DNA of 64,000 bases from Antedon mediterranea (Eukaryota > Animalia > Echinodermata). The position numbers and the translations under genes are program-made. Shown here piece after piece: positions 51,701 to 63,500 of the stretch. The notes beneath the pieces were generated by a model. That model was not told the origin of the DNA. It saw only the letters and a program-made list of their open reading frames with translations, and did not search any database. Location: the NCBI RefSeq assembly GCF_964355755.1, contig NC_092673.1:25417648-25481647 (forward strand), given 5' to 3'. Each line of letters begins with the position of its first letter. The first letter of the stretch is position 1.

Positions 51701-54700
51701 TTTAACTGGCTATTATCAGTTTTTTTATAGTCTATTGATAGGTTACTGGTAGCCCTTGTATACCTATAATACTGTAAGTAGACAGTGGATAATGACACTT
51801 ATAGATTTCTAATAGGTATCTGGTGGTTCATATCTATCTATTGTATAAAATAGACAGTTTATTAGCAGTTTTTGGCTATTATCAGTTTGTTTATGTCTAT
51901 AGACAATAGACAGATGTATAAAACTGTGTTATTCAGAGATTAAAATTAGTGAAAAATCTATCTAATACTATTAGTGGGAGATTGAATTATGCTAAAATAA
52001 TGAGGTAAAACCTATTAGGAACTATCTAAATTCTACCTAAAATCTACTTATTAGTAGGTACCTTAATAGGTAATAGAGCTATCTATTAAGGCGATAATTA
52101 TAAGGCTAATAGATATAGAGCTATAAGACTTTTTGTTATGAGCCATATTTACATAGACCCTTCGGATCTCATGAGAACTTATGGGCCGATTTTGAGAACG
52201 CCCTGACTAAAGCTCCGTCTACACTATCAAACATTATCTGACAAAACATGCGATGTGCCCATATATGATGATGTCATGTCACTACCATATTTGGGCACAT
52301 CAAACTTTTTTTGTCAAACTAGTTTGATAGTGTAGACAGAGCTTATTAGTCACCAAAAACTTACCCACTAAATTCTTGAATTTTTTTGCTGCTTGTTTTT
52401 TCATCAACATCTGATATAAATCAGTTTGCTGAAATGCTTTTAAATCATTGATATACCGTCTCTTGTCAGATTCTGCATTTTCTATGTATTTCTAAAAAAA
52501 AACAATCAACATTAACTACTACTTTAATAAATGCTTATATTATAATTATATTATTGACAGTCAGCATGGCTCCATATCAAACAATTAAGCCTCTTATATT
52601 ATAAACTGTATATCCCTAATGCAATGTACAACAAGTACAAGTTTTACAAAATACATGCCAACATCTTAAGTTAATTAAATGGGAGGTGGTTGATTTTAAG
52701 CTATTAAATTCCACACCATATCCATTGATGTGAGGGAGCGCAGTGAAAAGCAGTACCATAGTGAATATGTGAGGGAAACCCTTTCCCGCAAAGGAAACTT
52801 TTTTTTTTTGCGCAGATGGTCGTAAAATATAGAAAATTTGCTAGAAGATTTTTTAACAATATTTGATTACAAAAAACAACTCATACATTCAGGTATTCTT
52901 GTAACCATTGTAATATAACGATATACTTTTATATTTAAGAAATTGACCTTTGTATCAGAATTCAAATAGGTTCACAAACTTGACCCAGAAAGTCCAGAGG
53001 AGAGTTTGTCCAGATGTTTTAATGACCATTTAGTTTATAATAGAATCCCTAAAGAAAACACTTAGCTTAACTTTGTGACTGTTCCCATCGTAAAACAATT
53101 AGATATTGACAGTTTTAAGCAGAGATTCGACAGGGCCAATTCATCATTGTAACCTCCCCAGATAAGATCAATCACTCCCACTTAAACACCCCTGGATCAA
53201 CTTAGGACCAATCGTTACCCTCACAGATTACGTAGTGACATATGCAAATGAACCGAGGGCCAATATACTCCCAAGTTTCAGAAGGGCCCAGACACACCTT
53301 ACAGCCACCTCACGGAGCACACACCTTACAGCCACCTCACGGAGCACACACCTCACAGCCACTTCTTCAGAAGCAGACCTACACACTTCACACCTCACCG
53401 ACAGCATCATTGATCCTCCGTTCCTTATCTATACTTATAGTTGTATATTGTACTGAAGTATTATACTGAATAAACAATATATGTGTTACGACAGTCAAGC
53501 GAGTAAGAGTCTTTCATTAGTACCTCAACAACCCAAACATTATATTACATGGTGGAAGACCCAAATTTCATAAGGAACAGAGTGAGAAAACAGAATAACA
53601 AGAAAACAAGAAATAAACACTTAACAAGACACGAAGACGAAGACGAAGACAAAAATAACCATATTTGTTTGAAAGGAGAAAACCAGAAATTTACTTTGAC
53701 TCAAAAGACAAGCTGAAATTATATTTGAATGAGATCGAGACAAGCAGAAATTATATTTGAATGAGATCGAGACAAGCTGAAATTATATTTGAATGAGATC
53801 GAGACAAGCTGAAATTATATTTGAATGAGATCGAGACAAGCAGAAATTTTATCAAATTATAACCATTGGATAAAGACAAAGAAGATAATCGAGGAAGACC
53901 CAAGAAGAATCAAAACAGAAGCAAGCGGACAAGAACTGTTTCGTTTGGACACTTTCAACTTCACGCCGTTTTTTTTCGATCGTTTTTTTTAAGATTTACT
54001 TTTTTTTGTGACCATTTTGAACATTGATGAACACCTTTCGCATTTTTTTTGAATTCGTTGTTTGAAAATTTGAACATTGATGAGCACTTTAACATTTTTT
54101 TAATTCGTTGTTTGAACATTTAAACTTTTTGAACACTTTTTGCATTCCTTTAATTCATTTTTAATTGGATCCGAAGCATTTGGGGTAAGTCAAAACCATT
54201 TTGATTTTAGATTTGTAACCTTGATTGAAAAGTGAGAGTTTACATATATACACACTAAAATTGTTTTTTAAATTGTTAAAATAATTGTTGAATAAACCCA
54301 CCGATAATAATGAGAAAATTCAGAACACCGTTAACGTAGTAAATGACGAAAACAATGTTTAATTTACCGACGAACATGATAGGACACCCACCCAATTGCA
54401 ATCAGATACCCTTACACATCCAACTAAAGTAGAACCCCTTAACTTGCAACCTTACATTGACTGTGTAGAGAATAACATGGGATTAGCAGCCCCATTCCAA
54501 ATGAAAGAGGAACAAATTAAGGAACAAACTAATCTAATTATGACAGCACCTAATGATTCAAATATGACATTAAACCGAGGTAGATTTAAAGAAGGACATT
54601 TCCAAGTTTTAGTTTCGTATTCTAAACCGACTTCAGCCAAACGCAACACCGATAAAACAAAACAAGAATCTAATGATCGCAAATTTTGGTGGAATATTGA

Positions 54701-57700
54701 CAGATATAACGATACAGATAAATTAATTAAAGAGATCATTAATGATAAACAGATACCGATAAGTGGATCGCCAAACCGATTCATAAAACGTTTGTATAAT
54801 GCAACAAGTTACTGATTTAATTTTTTGCAAGAATTTTTTTTAAATTACGACATTTGCTAAATTAATGATAGCATAGTCTACGTATTTTTGATGAGATTTG
54901 TTTAGTAATGATGTGATTTCAGTTAAAAGAGAATTGAATTTATGTTTAAGTATTGATTTTGTAACGAGTTTTTTGATAAAGATTAATTTTGAATTTTGAT
55001 GATCGATATATTGAGATATTGAAAAGAACGACAATCATTTTGTAACAAATATTTTGTTTAACCTTTGAGTCGTTAATCTCAAGCATTAATTAATTGATAT
55101 ACAATAACAGGAGATTTTCTTAGTACTTTTAATTGTAATTTTTTTTACATTGAGTACAAAAGTCGAATTTGTCGATTGATTGAAATCGTAATTACCTGTG
55201 AATATAAATGCTTAAATCGATAAAGTTGTGATGATAACGATATATTGTGGATAAGTTTGTGTCAACGGGACACACACATTTGTTTCTTTAAAGTTTTAAG
55301 TGATTAAGATTGATATTTTTATTTTAGGCTAATCAGCCACAGTTTCTTGAGTTTTATGTTTTGATTTGATTGATTTATGTTTGAAGACCATTAGAACGCG
55401 ATGAGTTGTCGCACGATTTGATGTATGTTTAATGTAACATACTATTTTTAAGTTTGTAATTTTATTTTTAACTGATTTATGTTTGATTTACGCGAATTTT
55501 ATACCAAATTCATTTTTAATTTCATTTTTTTAAGAGAGAGAAGAGAGAGAGTGAAAGTGATAAGGTTACACTTCAGAGTCAATGGTTTTGGCTAACTCAA
55601 TTTTTGCTTATATGTATAATAATGTTTTTTTCTTTTATATAACTTTAATTTTGCATGCCACTATTATAACCATTTTTATATTTAAAATAGATTAGAAAAA
55701 AAAAAAGGGAAACAGAGGGATGTAATATAACGATATACTTTTATATTTAAGAAATTGACCTTTGTATCAGAATTCAAATAGGTTCACAAACTTGACCCAG
55801 AAAGTCCAGAGGAGAGTTTGTCCAGATGTTTTAATGACCATTTAGTTTATAATAGAATCCCTAAAGAAAACACTTAGCTTAACTTTGTGACTGTTCCCAT
55901 CGTAAAACAATTAGATATTGACAGTTTTAAGCAGAGATTCGACAGGGCCAATTCATCATTGTAACCTCCCCAGATAAGATTAATCACTCCCACTTAAACA
56001 CCCCTGGATCAACTTAGGACCAATCGTTACCCTCACAGATTACGTAGTGACATATGCAAATGAACCGAGGGCCAATATACTCCCAAGTTTCAGAAGGGCC
56101 CAGACACACCTTACAGCCACCTCACGGAGCACACACCTTACAGCCACCTCACGGAGCACACACCTCACAGCCACTTCTTCAGAAGCAGACCTACACACTT
56201 CACACCTCACCGACAGCATCATTGATCCTCCGTTCCTTATCTATACTTATAGTTGTATATTGTACTGAAGTATTATACTGAATAAACAATATATGTGTTA
56301 CGACAGTCAAGCGAGTAAGAGTCTTTCATTAGTACCTCAACAACCCAAACATTATATTACAACATGGAAAAAAAAGCATGAGACAAGTGAGAATATTCTC
56401 CCAGACTATTAACAGAGTGTTAGAATGTATAATATTGTTCCTTTTATGCTAATTTTAGGTAAGGTTGTTTCCTTGTACCCTATTGTATTATACCTTTTTC
56501 TCATCTTCTCCTAACGATGACCACCGATTTCCCAACACTTTTGTAATTTCTGTAAAATTTAACTCAGGGTGCTCTTTCTTAACCTTTGACCTCTGCTCAT
56601 TTAAAAACAACACATACCTGTAATAAATAACAACCAATATTTTATAAGGTCTAAGAAATTGTTTGTTTGTAACATTAGGTGTACATCCCCATTAGAACTT
56701 TTTGGTCAAAATCCTTATCAGATAAATCAACTAAGCAGGTGATTAATGACCTGAATCCTATTATACCCCTGTGATTTTATTAGCTCTCTTGTAATTGATT
56801 GATTAGGACAAGTTACATTCTTCAGTATGCAAGGTCAATGGTCAGGCAAAAACTAGCAGAATTCGGCAATAATCAAATAGTTTAACGACCTGCCGATCAA
56901 AGTTGGACTTAAATAAACACATGTCACAGTAGGAGGTTAAGTGACATTTATCCGAAGTTTTGAAAAACTTCGGGTAAAAATGAACACATTCTCTAATGGG
57001 GCTGTACACGTAATGAATATCTAAAAAACCAAATTTGATTTATTTGTTGATGATTGACCATTAAATTGGTCCAGTAAAAAATAAACATAAAATGTTAAAA
57101 AACAAGAAACTTGTATAAAAAAAACGAAAAATTAAGTCTCATTTTGTAGTGAAGGCCACTAGTAATAACTTACGCAGTTGTTGGTGCTTTTGGTGCATTA
57201 GCCTCTTTTAAAGAATCTCTTTTGCGTTTTTTCCCTTTTGGCCATCCTCCCTTTTTCCTCTGAAAAATAAAATAAAATATTTCTAAATAGTTCGGAATCC
57301 CTTCAGGTCATATAAACCTTTAGTGAATTTAAAATACTTCATTTAATCAATTTAAAATAACAAATTAAAGAATTTATGTTAATATTTTAAAATATTGCAG
57401 GTCAATAGAACTATAATGAAAGTTTAAAACGCACCTTTGGGGCTTCTCCGTTGACCGCTGTACCTTGAACTATATTGACTTCTTGCCCAATATTGCTGGT
57501 CAGAATTGCCTGTTGGCCATTGGCTAATGCCTGGGCATATACTACTGACCCTTGACTAATTACCAGCTGGCCTGTAGGTTGGAAATGTTAAATGCATATT
57601 ATTAATCTTTGATTCATGTGCACAGAGTTGAAACAGTGCCTTAAGCTTAAAATTTACACCATATAATTAAAAATAACAGCATTTCAATTTTTCAAGTATA

Positions 57701-59037
57701 ATTGTATGACCCACCATACGACCCCCGGGAGAGATGCGTCATTTGTCAGATGTGCGTCATACCTAATGAATACCATTTAGGTGGCCATGACGAACCCATT
57801 CTGACGCACTGTGGCCATGTTGTTTATGATATTTTGGGTGGTAAAGTGAAGGACATTGACACACCATTGTTCACTGATATGACTTACCATCTAGGTTTTT
57901 TGATGTACCCCTGCGTCAGTAATAATTTGAAAATGACGCACCCATGACGCACCTCTCCCGGGGGTCATACAATTGACAAGTGCATATAATAATCAAGTAC
58001 TGTAAGTAGTCAAACTAGTTGTATTCTTTTGCTTATATGTAAAGCACAAGAGTCGTTCTTATGAATTACTGTATACGGTCTTTAATTATTGGTAATAATT
58101 TGATACCTGCAGACGTCAATTCCAGGTTAGGTACATTGACATACGACACATTGCCTTCACCAGGATGCAAGTTTGATGAAGATACCACTGATTCCAGACT
58201 ACAAACAAGTTCTGGAGGAATTCTAATAGTGGTCACCATATCAGCTGCAGATAAAGCTTCTTCAGTGATGCCAGTTCCATCTAACGTAGTCGCATGCAAG
58301 GCATCTGCTCCACTCACCAGGCTGCAAAATGCAATTATACATATTATTTAATTATATTACAGTCATGGAAATACCCCAATCAACAATCAATTGCACATAT
58401 TCACAATAGAAAAATAAAACTAAACCTGAAACAAAACTGAACATACTCTATTAAAAACTAATTTACACCGTATTTGATGTTAAGAAGCAGAACCTATGTC
58501 TGTCTGCAAGATAGTTTGTTGGGTCTAAATTTTGTTTGTATTGTAGGCCTAGCCTAGGCTATGCGGATAGGCTAGGGCCTAGGCCTAGTAAAGTAGGCCT
58601 AGGCTAGGCCTAGAGTAGTAGGCTATTATGCAATTTTATTTTTACTCAATTGAATTCTTTGAAGATTCAAGAAACATTGAATAAAAGCAAAATATTCATA
58701 TATTCTAATTAATCTTTATATCAATCGAATGTGTCTCTGACCTAGGCCAAGCTAGCTAATTAGGTCCTAACCACCTTGAGGCCTAGGCCTAGGCTAGGCC
58801 GGATTATCCTAGTATTCTGCAGTTCACTAACCGAGCTGCAGCGATATCCTGCACGGTCACCTGCTGTACGTTGTCAATCAGGGCTGCTGCGTCAATTCCA
58901 GTCACTTGAAAATTAGCCTTCTCTTGGTGGCCAGAGACAAGAGCCTCCAGATGGAAGGTCGTGGTTCCATCTCCTAGATCATCTGTACTACCAACACTTC
59001 CTACCACCAAAGTGCGATCAATATCACTACCGTCCAT
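42753..59037 (-). CDS. HMG20A/B: HMG20A/HMG20B (iBRAF/BRAF35)-like HMG-box protein with an added C2H2 matrin-type zinc finger (~488 aa, 11 exons)
   Basis: Minus-strand exons 59037-58832, 58321-58107, 57571-57435, 57259-57174, 56617-56494, 52491-52365, 51135-51071, 50356-50239, 46326-46150, 43270-43179, 42872-42753 are in frame. Motifs: GGWPKGKKRK, HMG box APKAPTTAYVLFLNEQR...FTEITKVLGNRWSSL...KKYIENAESDKRRY, and coiled coil FKEEFIELNAARELEMRILRK. Confidence 0.88.
43336..44918. repeat. Pentamer-based 15-bp satellite (CTTTACTGTTCTGTA and variants), ~1.6 kb
   Basis: Directly visible array with variant units TACTCTACTTAATACTG. Confidence 0.97.
45785..46082 (-). mobile_element. tRNA-derived SINE with Deu/Nin-like central domain
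   Basis: Minus strand: A box TGGCCGAGCGG, B box GGTTCGAGGC, then CTCGGATAAGGACTATAAACCGTAGGTCC...TTTAAAGAACC...GAGTAGGGGGTTACCCCGGTGT, resembling the Deu domain. A second copy lies at 48695. Confidence 0.75.
48695..49017 (-). mobile_element. Second, more diverged copy of the Deu/Nin-like SINE
   Basis: Collinear with 45785-46082, including the A-rich tail. Confidence 0.75.
51527..52143. mobile_element. Possible non-autonomous DNA transposon with short TIRs and low-complexity CTATTA/AATAG interior
   Basis: Ends CCCATAGCAAAA / TTTTGTTATGAG (imperfect inverted repeat). Confidence 0.35.
52211..52343. mobile_element. MITE family B copy
   Basis: AGCTCCGTCTACACTATCAAAC...GTTTGATAGTGTAGACAGAGCT. 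Further degenerate or truncated copies lie at ~48241-48394 and ~51248-51355. Confidence 0.8.
52909..56361 (+). mobile_element. Young non-autonomous LTR retrotransposon (641-bp LTRs at 52909-53549 and 55721-56361)
   Basis: Both LTRs start TGTAATATAA and end TTATATTACA. By eye they differ at one site (53169 C vs 55981 T). A TGG-starting PBS-like motif is at 53550 and a polypurine tract precedes 55721. Flanks CCAT/ACAT form an imperfect 4-bp TSD. No gag-pol ORF in the 2.17-kb interior. Confidence 0.92.
53705..53850. repeat. 32-bp tandem repeat (~4.5 copies) in the LTR element leader
   Basis: Head-to-tail units of GAGACAAGC(T/A)GAAATTATATTTGAATGAGATC. Confidence 0.9.
57700..57975. mobile_element. 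MITE (family C)
   Basis: TIRs AATTGTATGACCC...CCCGGGAGAGATGCGTCAT / ATGACGCACCTCTCCCGGGGGTCATACAATT. Confidence 0.7.
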
Positions 59038-60565
59038 TAAAGTTTAAATGCAAAAACATAATACTACTTTATACAACTGCCATTTTTTCTCTACATTTTC
59101 TCTGTTTACGAAAAAAACAGCCGGGGCGCCCTCAAGGATCACACTTCAAGTCACAGTACAAGGCGCGTTTAAAGCGTTAAAAAACGACTTAACGCGTCAT
59201 GGTGCTTCATAGAGTGAGACAAACATGATGCCAAACTAAACAAAATAAACAAATTTCGTTTTCCTACATTGAAAGATATAATATTGTCCCCCAAAAACAT
59301 GAAAAACGAAGACTAATAAAATCAGAGTTTAATTTTGCAGTTTTGATAAAGCTATAAAAAAAACAAAAATATAATTATTTCACTAAAACAATCGAAATGG
59401 TTAATTGAACCAAAAACCATTGTCTAGCAGACAATCTAAATATTTTTTGCTTTAAATTACATATGTTCAGGAAAATATTTTTTTCGATCTAGTTTTTGAT
59501 CAAATTAAATATAACTATTACGGTACGTGACATTAAAATGGCATCATTAAACAATTGCTTAGGGGTACAATAAATATTTAATACTTTAAATATTATTATT
59601 ATACTGCGATTTTCCAGAGATCCTTTGTTCCTTTAATTTGTTCTGAAATAAAAGTTGATTGTTTGTTGGTTGCGGATTTAATTATTGATAAGCTAAATCA
59701 ACTACAGAAGCAAAACCGAATCCAATCAAAAATTTCTAAACAGTATTTAATATCCGATAGGCCATGCTTTATAATTAAATAGAGCATTCAGATTATAGTT
59801 TACTGACACAAATGTTTACGGTAATAGGCCTACTGATTGTTAAACTAAATATTTAATAGAATATAATAAATATATAATTTTTTTTAAAGCGCTCGGAACT
59901 ACTCGGAACTACTCGGAACTACTCGGAAAGAGTAACCTTATCTGGACCAGCAGCCGTTGCTGTTTTTGTGGCCTTTATGGCTGTATTCACTTCAACAATA
60001 ATAAAACTACGTCGCTAAAAAGTTGAGCGGCGTTTTTTGTAAGAAAAATGTATTGTGTTTTAAATATAGTATTTAGAGAATGTATGTTAATGTATTTTAA
60101 TATTGTAGCTATAATACTATTCATATACAGCATCAAACATCTGTGTGCACTCGTCATATAATTTGTTCTTCATAAAATATACATACAATATATGTTTACA
60201 TATTCCATTATAGGCCCATAAAAATATATTTCATTGATTTTTCAATGAATTTTTAATTAGGCCCCTATGTGTTTTTTATTACTGTATTAAAACAAGATGA
60301 TTGTTAACGTTGGTAACATGTGTTATGATTTCATGGTATAAAATCATTTGATAAAAAAAGTACGCTATAATTATTATTTATTTGCATATTTTGAACGTTG
60401 TTTTTTTTCTCTCTCAAAACCTATGCCATCAGTAACATACATAGTACAGTATTGTCCTAAGCGGCGCCCCGTACAGAGGTATACTTTTTGTTTTGGGAAC
60501 ACTGAACACTTCGCGGAAGTGAATGGAAGTGAACGTGTCAGAGAATTTGAAAACATGAGCACTGT
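59038..60565. promoter_or_regulatory. Probable bidirectional promoter region between HMG20-like and FAM20C-like genes
   Basis: Head-to-head start codons 1.5 kb apart; CpG-richer patches at ~59100-59200 and ~59890-60030; (ACTCGGAACT)n tandem at ~59892-59929. Confidence 0.5.
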
Positions 60566-63500
60566 ATGATGACGTGTTTCGGGCCTACGAGGAAGGTTTT
60601 TAGAATTGTATTTGTTTTGATATTATTTAATAGTGTAGCTTTATTCTACTATTTTCTCTTGAAATTGGAGAATTTAGAAAATGGATCAAATTTCGTGGGA
60701 CAGCGTGCCATTCAGAAGAAGAGCGAGTCACAACAATCTAAGCATGCGCTTCTGCAGCACAACCAACCCGACAACAATATTAATGTGTAAGTATATACAG
60801 TGTAAGTTAGTACTAAAGAGGTTAACAAATGGGTTGAGAATCATTTGACCCACGTCGTCCATTGGGGTACGGTCAGTGAGTGGGTGGGGTTTTGAAAAGG
60901 CTCCCTTTGAAAAGATTGAGACATGGATCCAGCTCGATTTCTCGTATGGTACGCAACATGTGCATCAACTACAAGAAAAAGTAACGTCAGTATACCCCTT
61001 TATTCCATGGTATACCATACATAAGTATTTTAAATACTACATGTAAAGAACCAGTCTCTGTAATAAATGTTATATCTGTTGTACTGTGCACAACTTCCCT
61101 CAAACATTTCTCTTATCCATATTGCCATTTTTTACATTTTTTGTGTACAAAGCCCGCCCCCCCCTCCCCCCTATTTCAAAAGGATTACGGTCGAAGCGGC
61201 TGCCAACCAAAGCGGCCGCTAGTTCAATAACGGTAATTTGTATGGAATGCCGTGTGCGCTTTGATTGTCGTTGTTTTGTAATCTTTGATTGTCATTGTTT
61301 CGACAGGTTTTCTTTTTCTCGGACGTAATAAATAACAATCTACATCTACATATATATAAATTTACGTAAGGGCAAAATTCGGTAAATCGCGCGTTTACTT
61401 CTAGAATGTTTACTCGATGGTATATAATAGTTGGTTCGTACTTTCGGTACTGATTTTAACCACCTGATGTAACCCGGTTTATTAATTAAATTGAGTCAGA
61501 TAATTAGTTATTGACGATAAAAACAAATTTAGGTTCAACGATTTGCCCCAATTAGGGGTGTTTTCCGATCGTGGTATACACTGTCTAATACATGTCCCAT
61601 CACGTGACATGTATCAGACATGGATCAGAGGCCATGTTGCATGCAATAAAAGGCATGATTGCATTGCCTGCTGATCCAATGCACGTACATGTCACGTGAC
61701 GGGACATGTACTAATTATTAAGTGGCGGCCGCCAGATAATTAAGTGGCGGCCGCCAGATAACAGCTTTTAAAATATAGTTAACTTGTGGCCCGAACGGGC
61801 TTCCGTAGATTATGATGCAAACGTAAATTATTAATGATTCGATAGTATATGTAAATATATTTAGTTAGTTAAAATACAAATAAAATATACATTGATTTAT
61901 CGGCAGGCAAACTTAATTATTATAGAAATATAAAGATTTGATAGTACATGATTTAGCTTATATTTATTGGTTTGACCATACATACAGCTGTAACTCAACT
62001 CAACTGTGGCGTTCCATACAAATGACGATATTAAACAGGCGGCCGCTTTGGTTGGTGGCCGCTTCGACCATACTCCTTTCAAAATCCTTGATCTGCCACT
62101 GCTGTGCCTTAAGGATTTAATATTAGTATATACAAGTGCCATAATGCCATTTGTTATTTATATTTCTTACTATTTTGACTAAATTTAACATTTCCAGGAA
62201 TGAAATGCAAATATTGATCCCACCCAAGGAAAAAGAAAAGGTACACAAGGCAAAAATTAGGTAAGAAATTAAGCTAAAACCACTGATTTGAATGAACAGA
62301 CATTATTAGGCCTAAGTATGTGTTTATTTCTCGGTATATTATTAATAGCTGCTATATTGTACTCCATGCTCTATAATCCTAATAGTCCTATTATAAAATT
62401 AAAACTGACTATACTAGTACATTGAATATTGATTATGTAAATTTAAATCACACAAGGTGTGTGTATATATTGATTTTGTAGCTGTAACTGTAATTCATTT
62501 AAACACGTTAAACTGACAAATTAACTACAATTTTACATCAATATCATTGTTCATGACAGCAGTTCATGATGGCTGTACTCAACAAATGTACTGTAATTTA
62601 TTTATTTTGGAACCACCCCAATCAGTGGTCGGTGTATTCACTTTATTTACATAAAAGGAAATATTATGTATAAAACAGAAAATTATTGGTTCAAATATTG
62701 GTTGGGGCTGCTTTTTCTCATTCTCATAGATTTATCCATCCTTTTCTTATAACAAACATCTTTAGTACTGTATATCACTGGATTGTTTACACTTTAACAC
62801 TACACAAATATCATCATCAAACAAAATTTAATTTCTTTTACTTTCAGTGCACAAAAACCATGGCAACAATTTCAGAGCGGGATTACAAAGGACTTCATGT
62901 ACCCAAAGGATGCTCCCTATATGCAAGATCTGTTAGACTATTTAGCCCATACTGAAATAAAAGAAACTCGCCTGTTTAAAAGTGGTAGTCAGTTTAAATT
63001 GCTTTTTCTTTTTGCTGATGGTAACACTGGGCTTGTAAAACCTCAGAGGTGAGAATATTTGATTTGATTGGTGGATTGTGTGTCACATGATATTCACTTC
63101 ATTGAGCCCATGCAGCATCAAGAGTAAAATAGTTTGTTATATGCGAGTCCAAACTTTTACTATGCGCATTCATTCTTATTATTTTGTTTATATTCATGTA
63201 AATGAAACAAATATTTATATACAGGTATTATATTTGGTGAAAGATAAAATATTCTTTTTTCGCCTCATGAAAATATTTGTACCATTGCACTTATAAAACA
63301 TTCATTATTTGTATGCCTTTTTCTTGTTCTTTTATGTCTTTGTTGAGAAATGAATTATCTTGCCTTTTATTGCATCATTGTTTTTGTTTCATGCAGAATG
63401 AAAATAAATGAAATTTATCCTTATACAAATGAACATCCATTTTGGCTGGACCCGGAAAGACACAGTGCTGAGATTGCATCATTTCACCTTGATAGGTACA

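Noticed and set aside
53705-53850. 32-bp repeats of CRISPR-like length
   Set aside because: Head-to-tail with no spacers, no cas genes, and a eukaryotic LTR-element context.
53228-56281. Identical ORF triplets at 53.2 kb and 56.0 kb
   Set aside because: They lie inside the two LTR copies and reflect a 26-bp internal tandem repeat.
57702-57947. 81-aa Cys/His-containing ORF resembling a RING fragment
   Set aside because: It coincides with a MITE inside an HMG20 intron, and the ligand spacing does not fit a RING.
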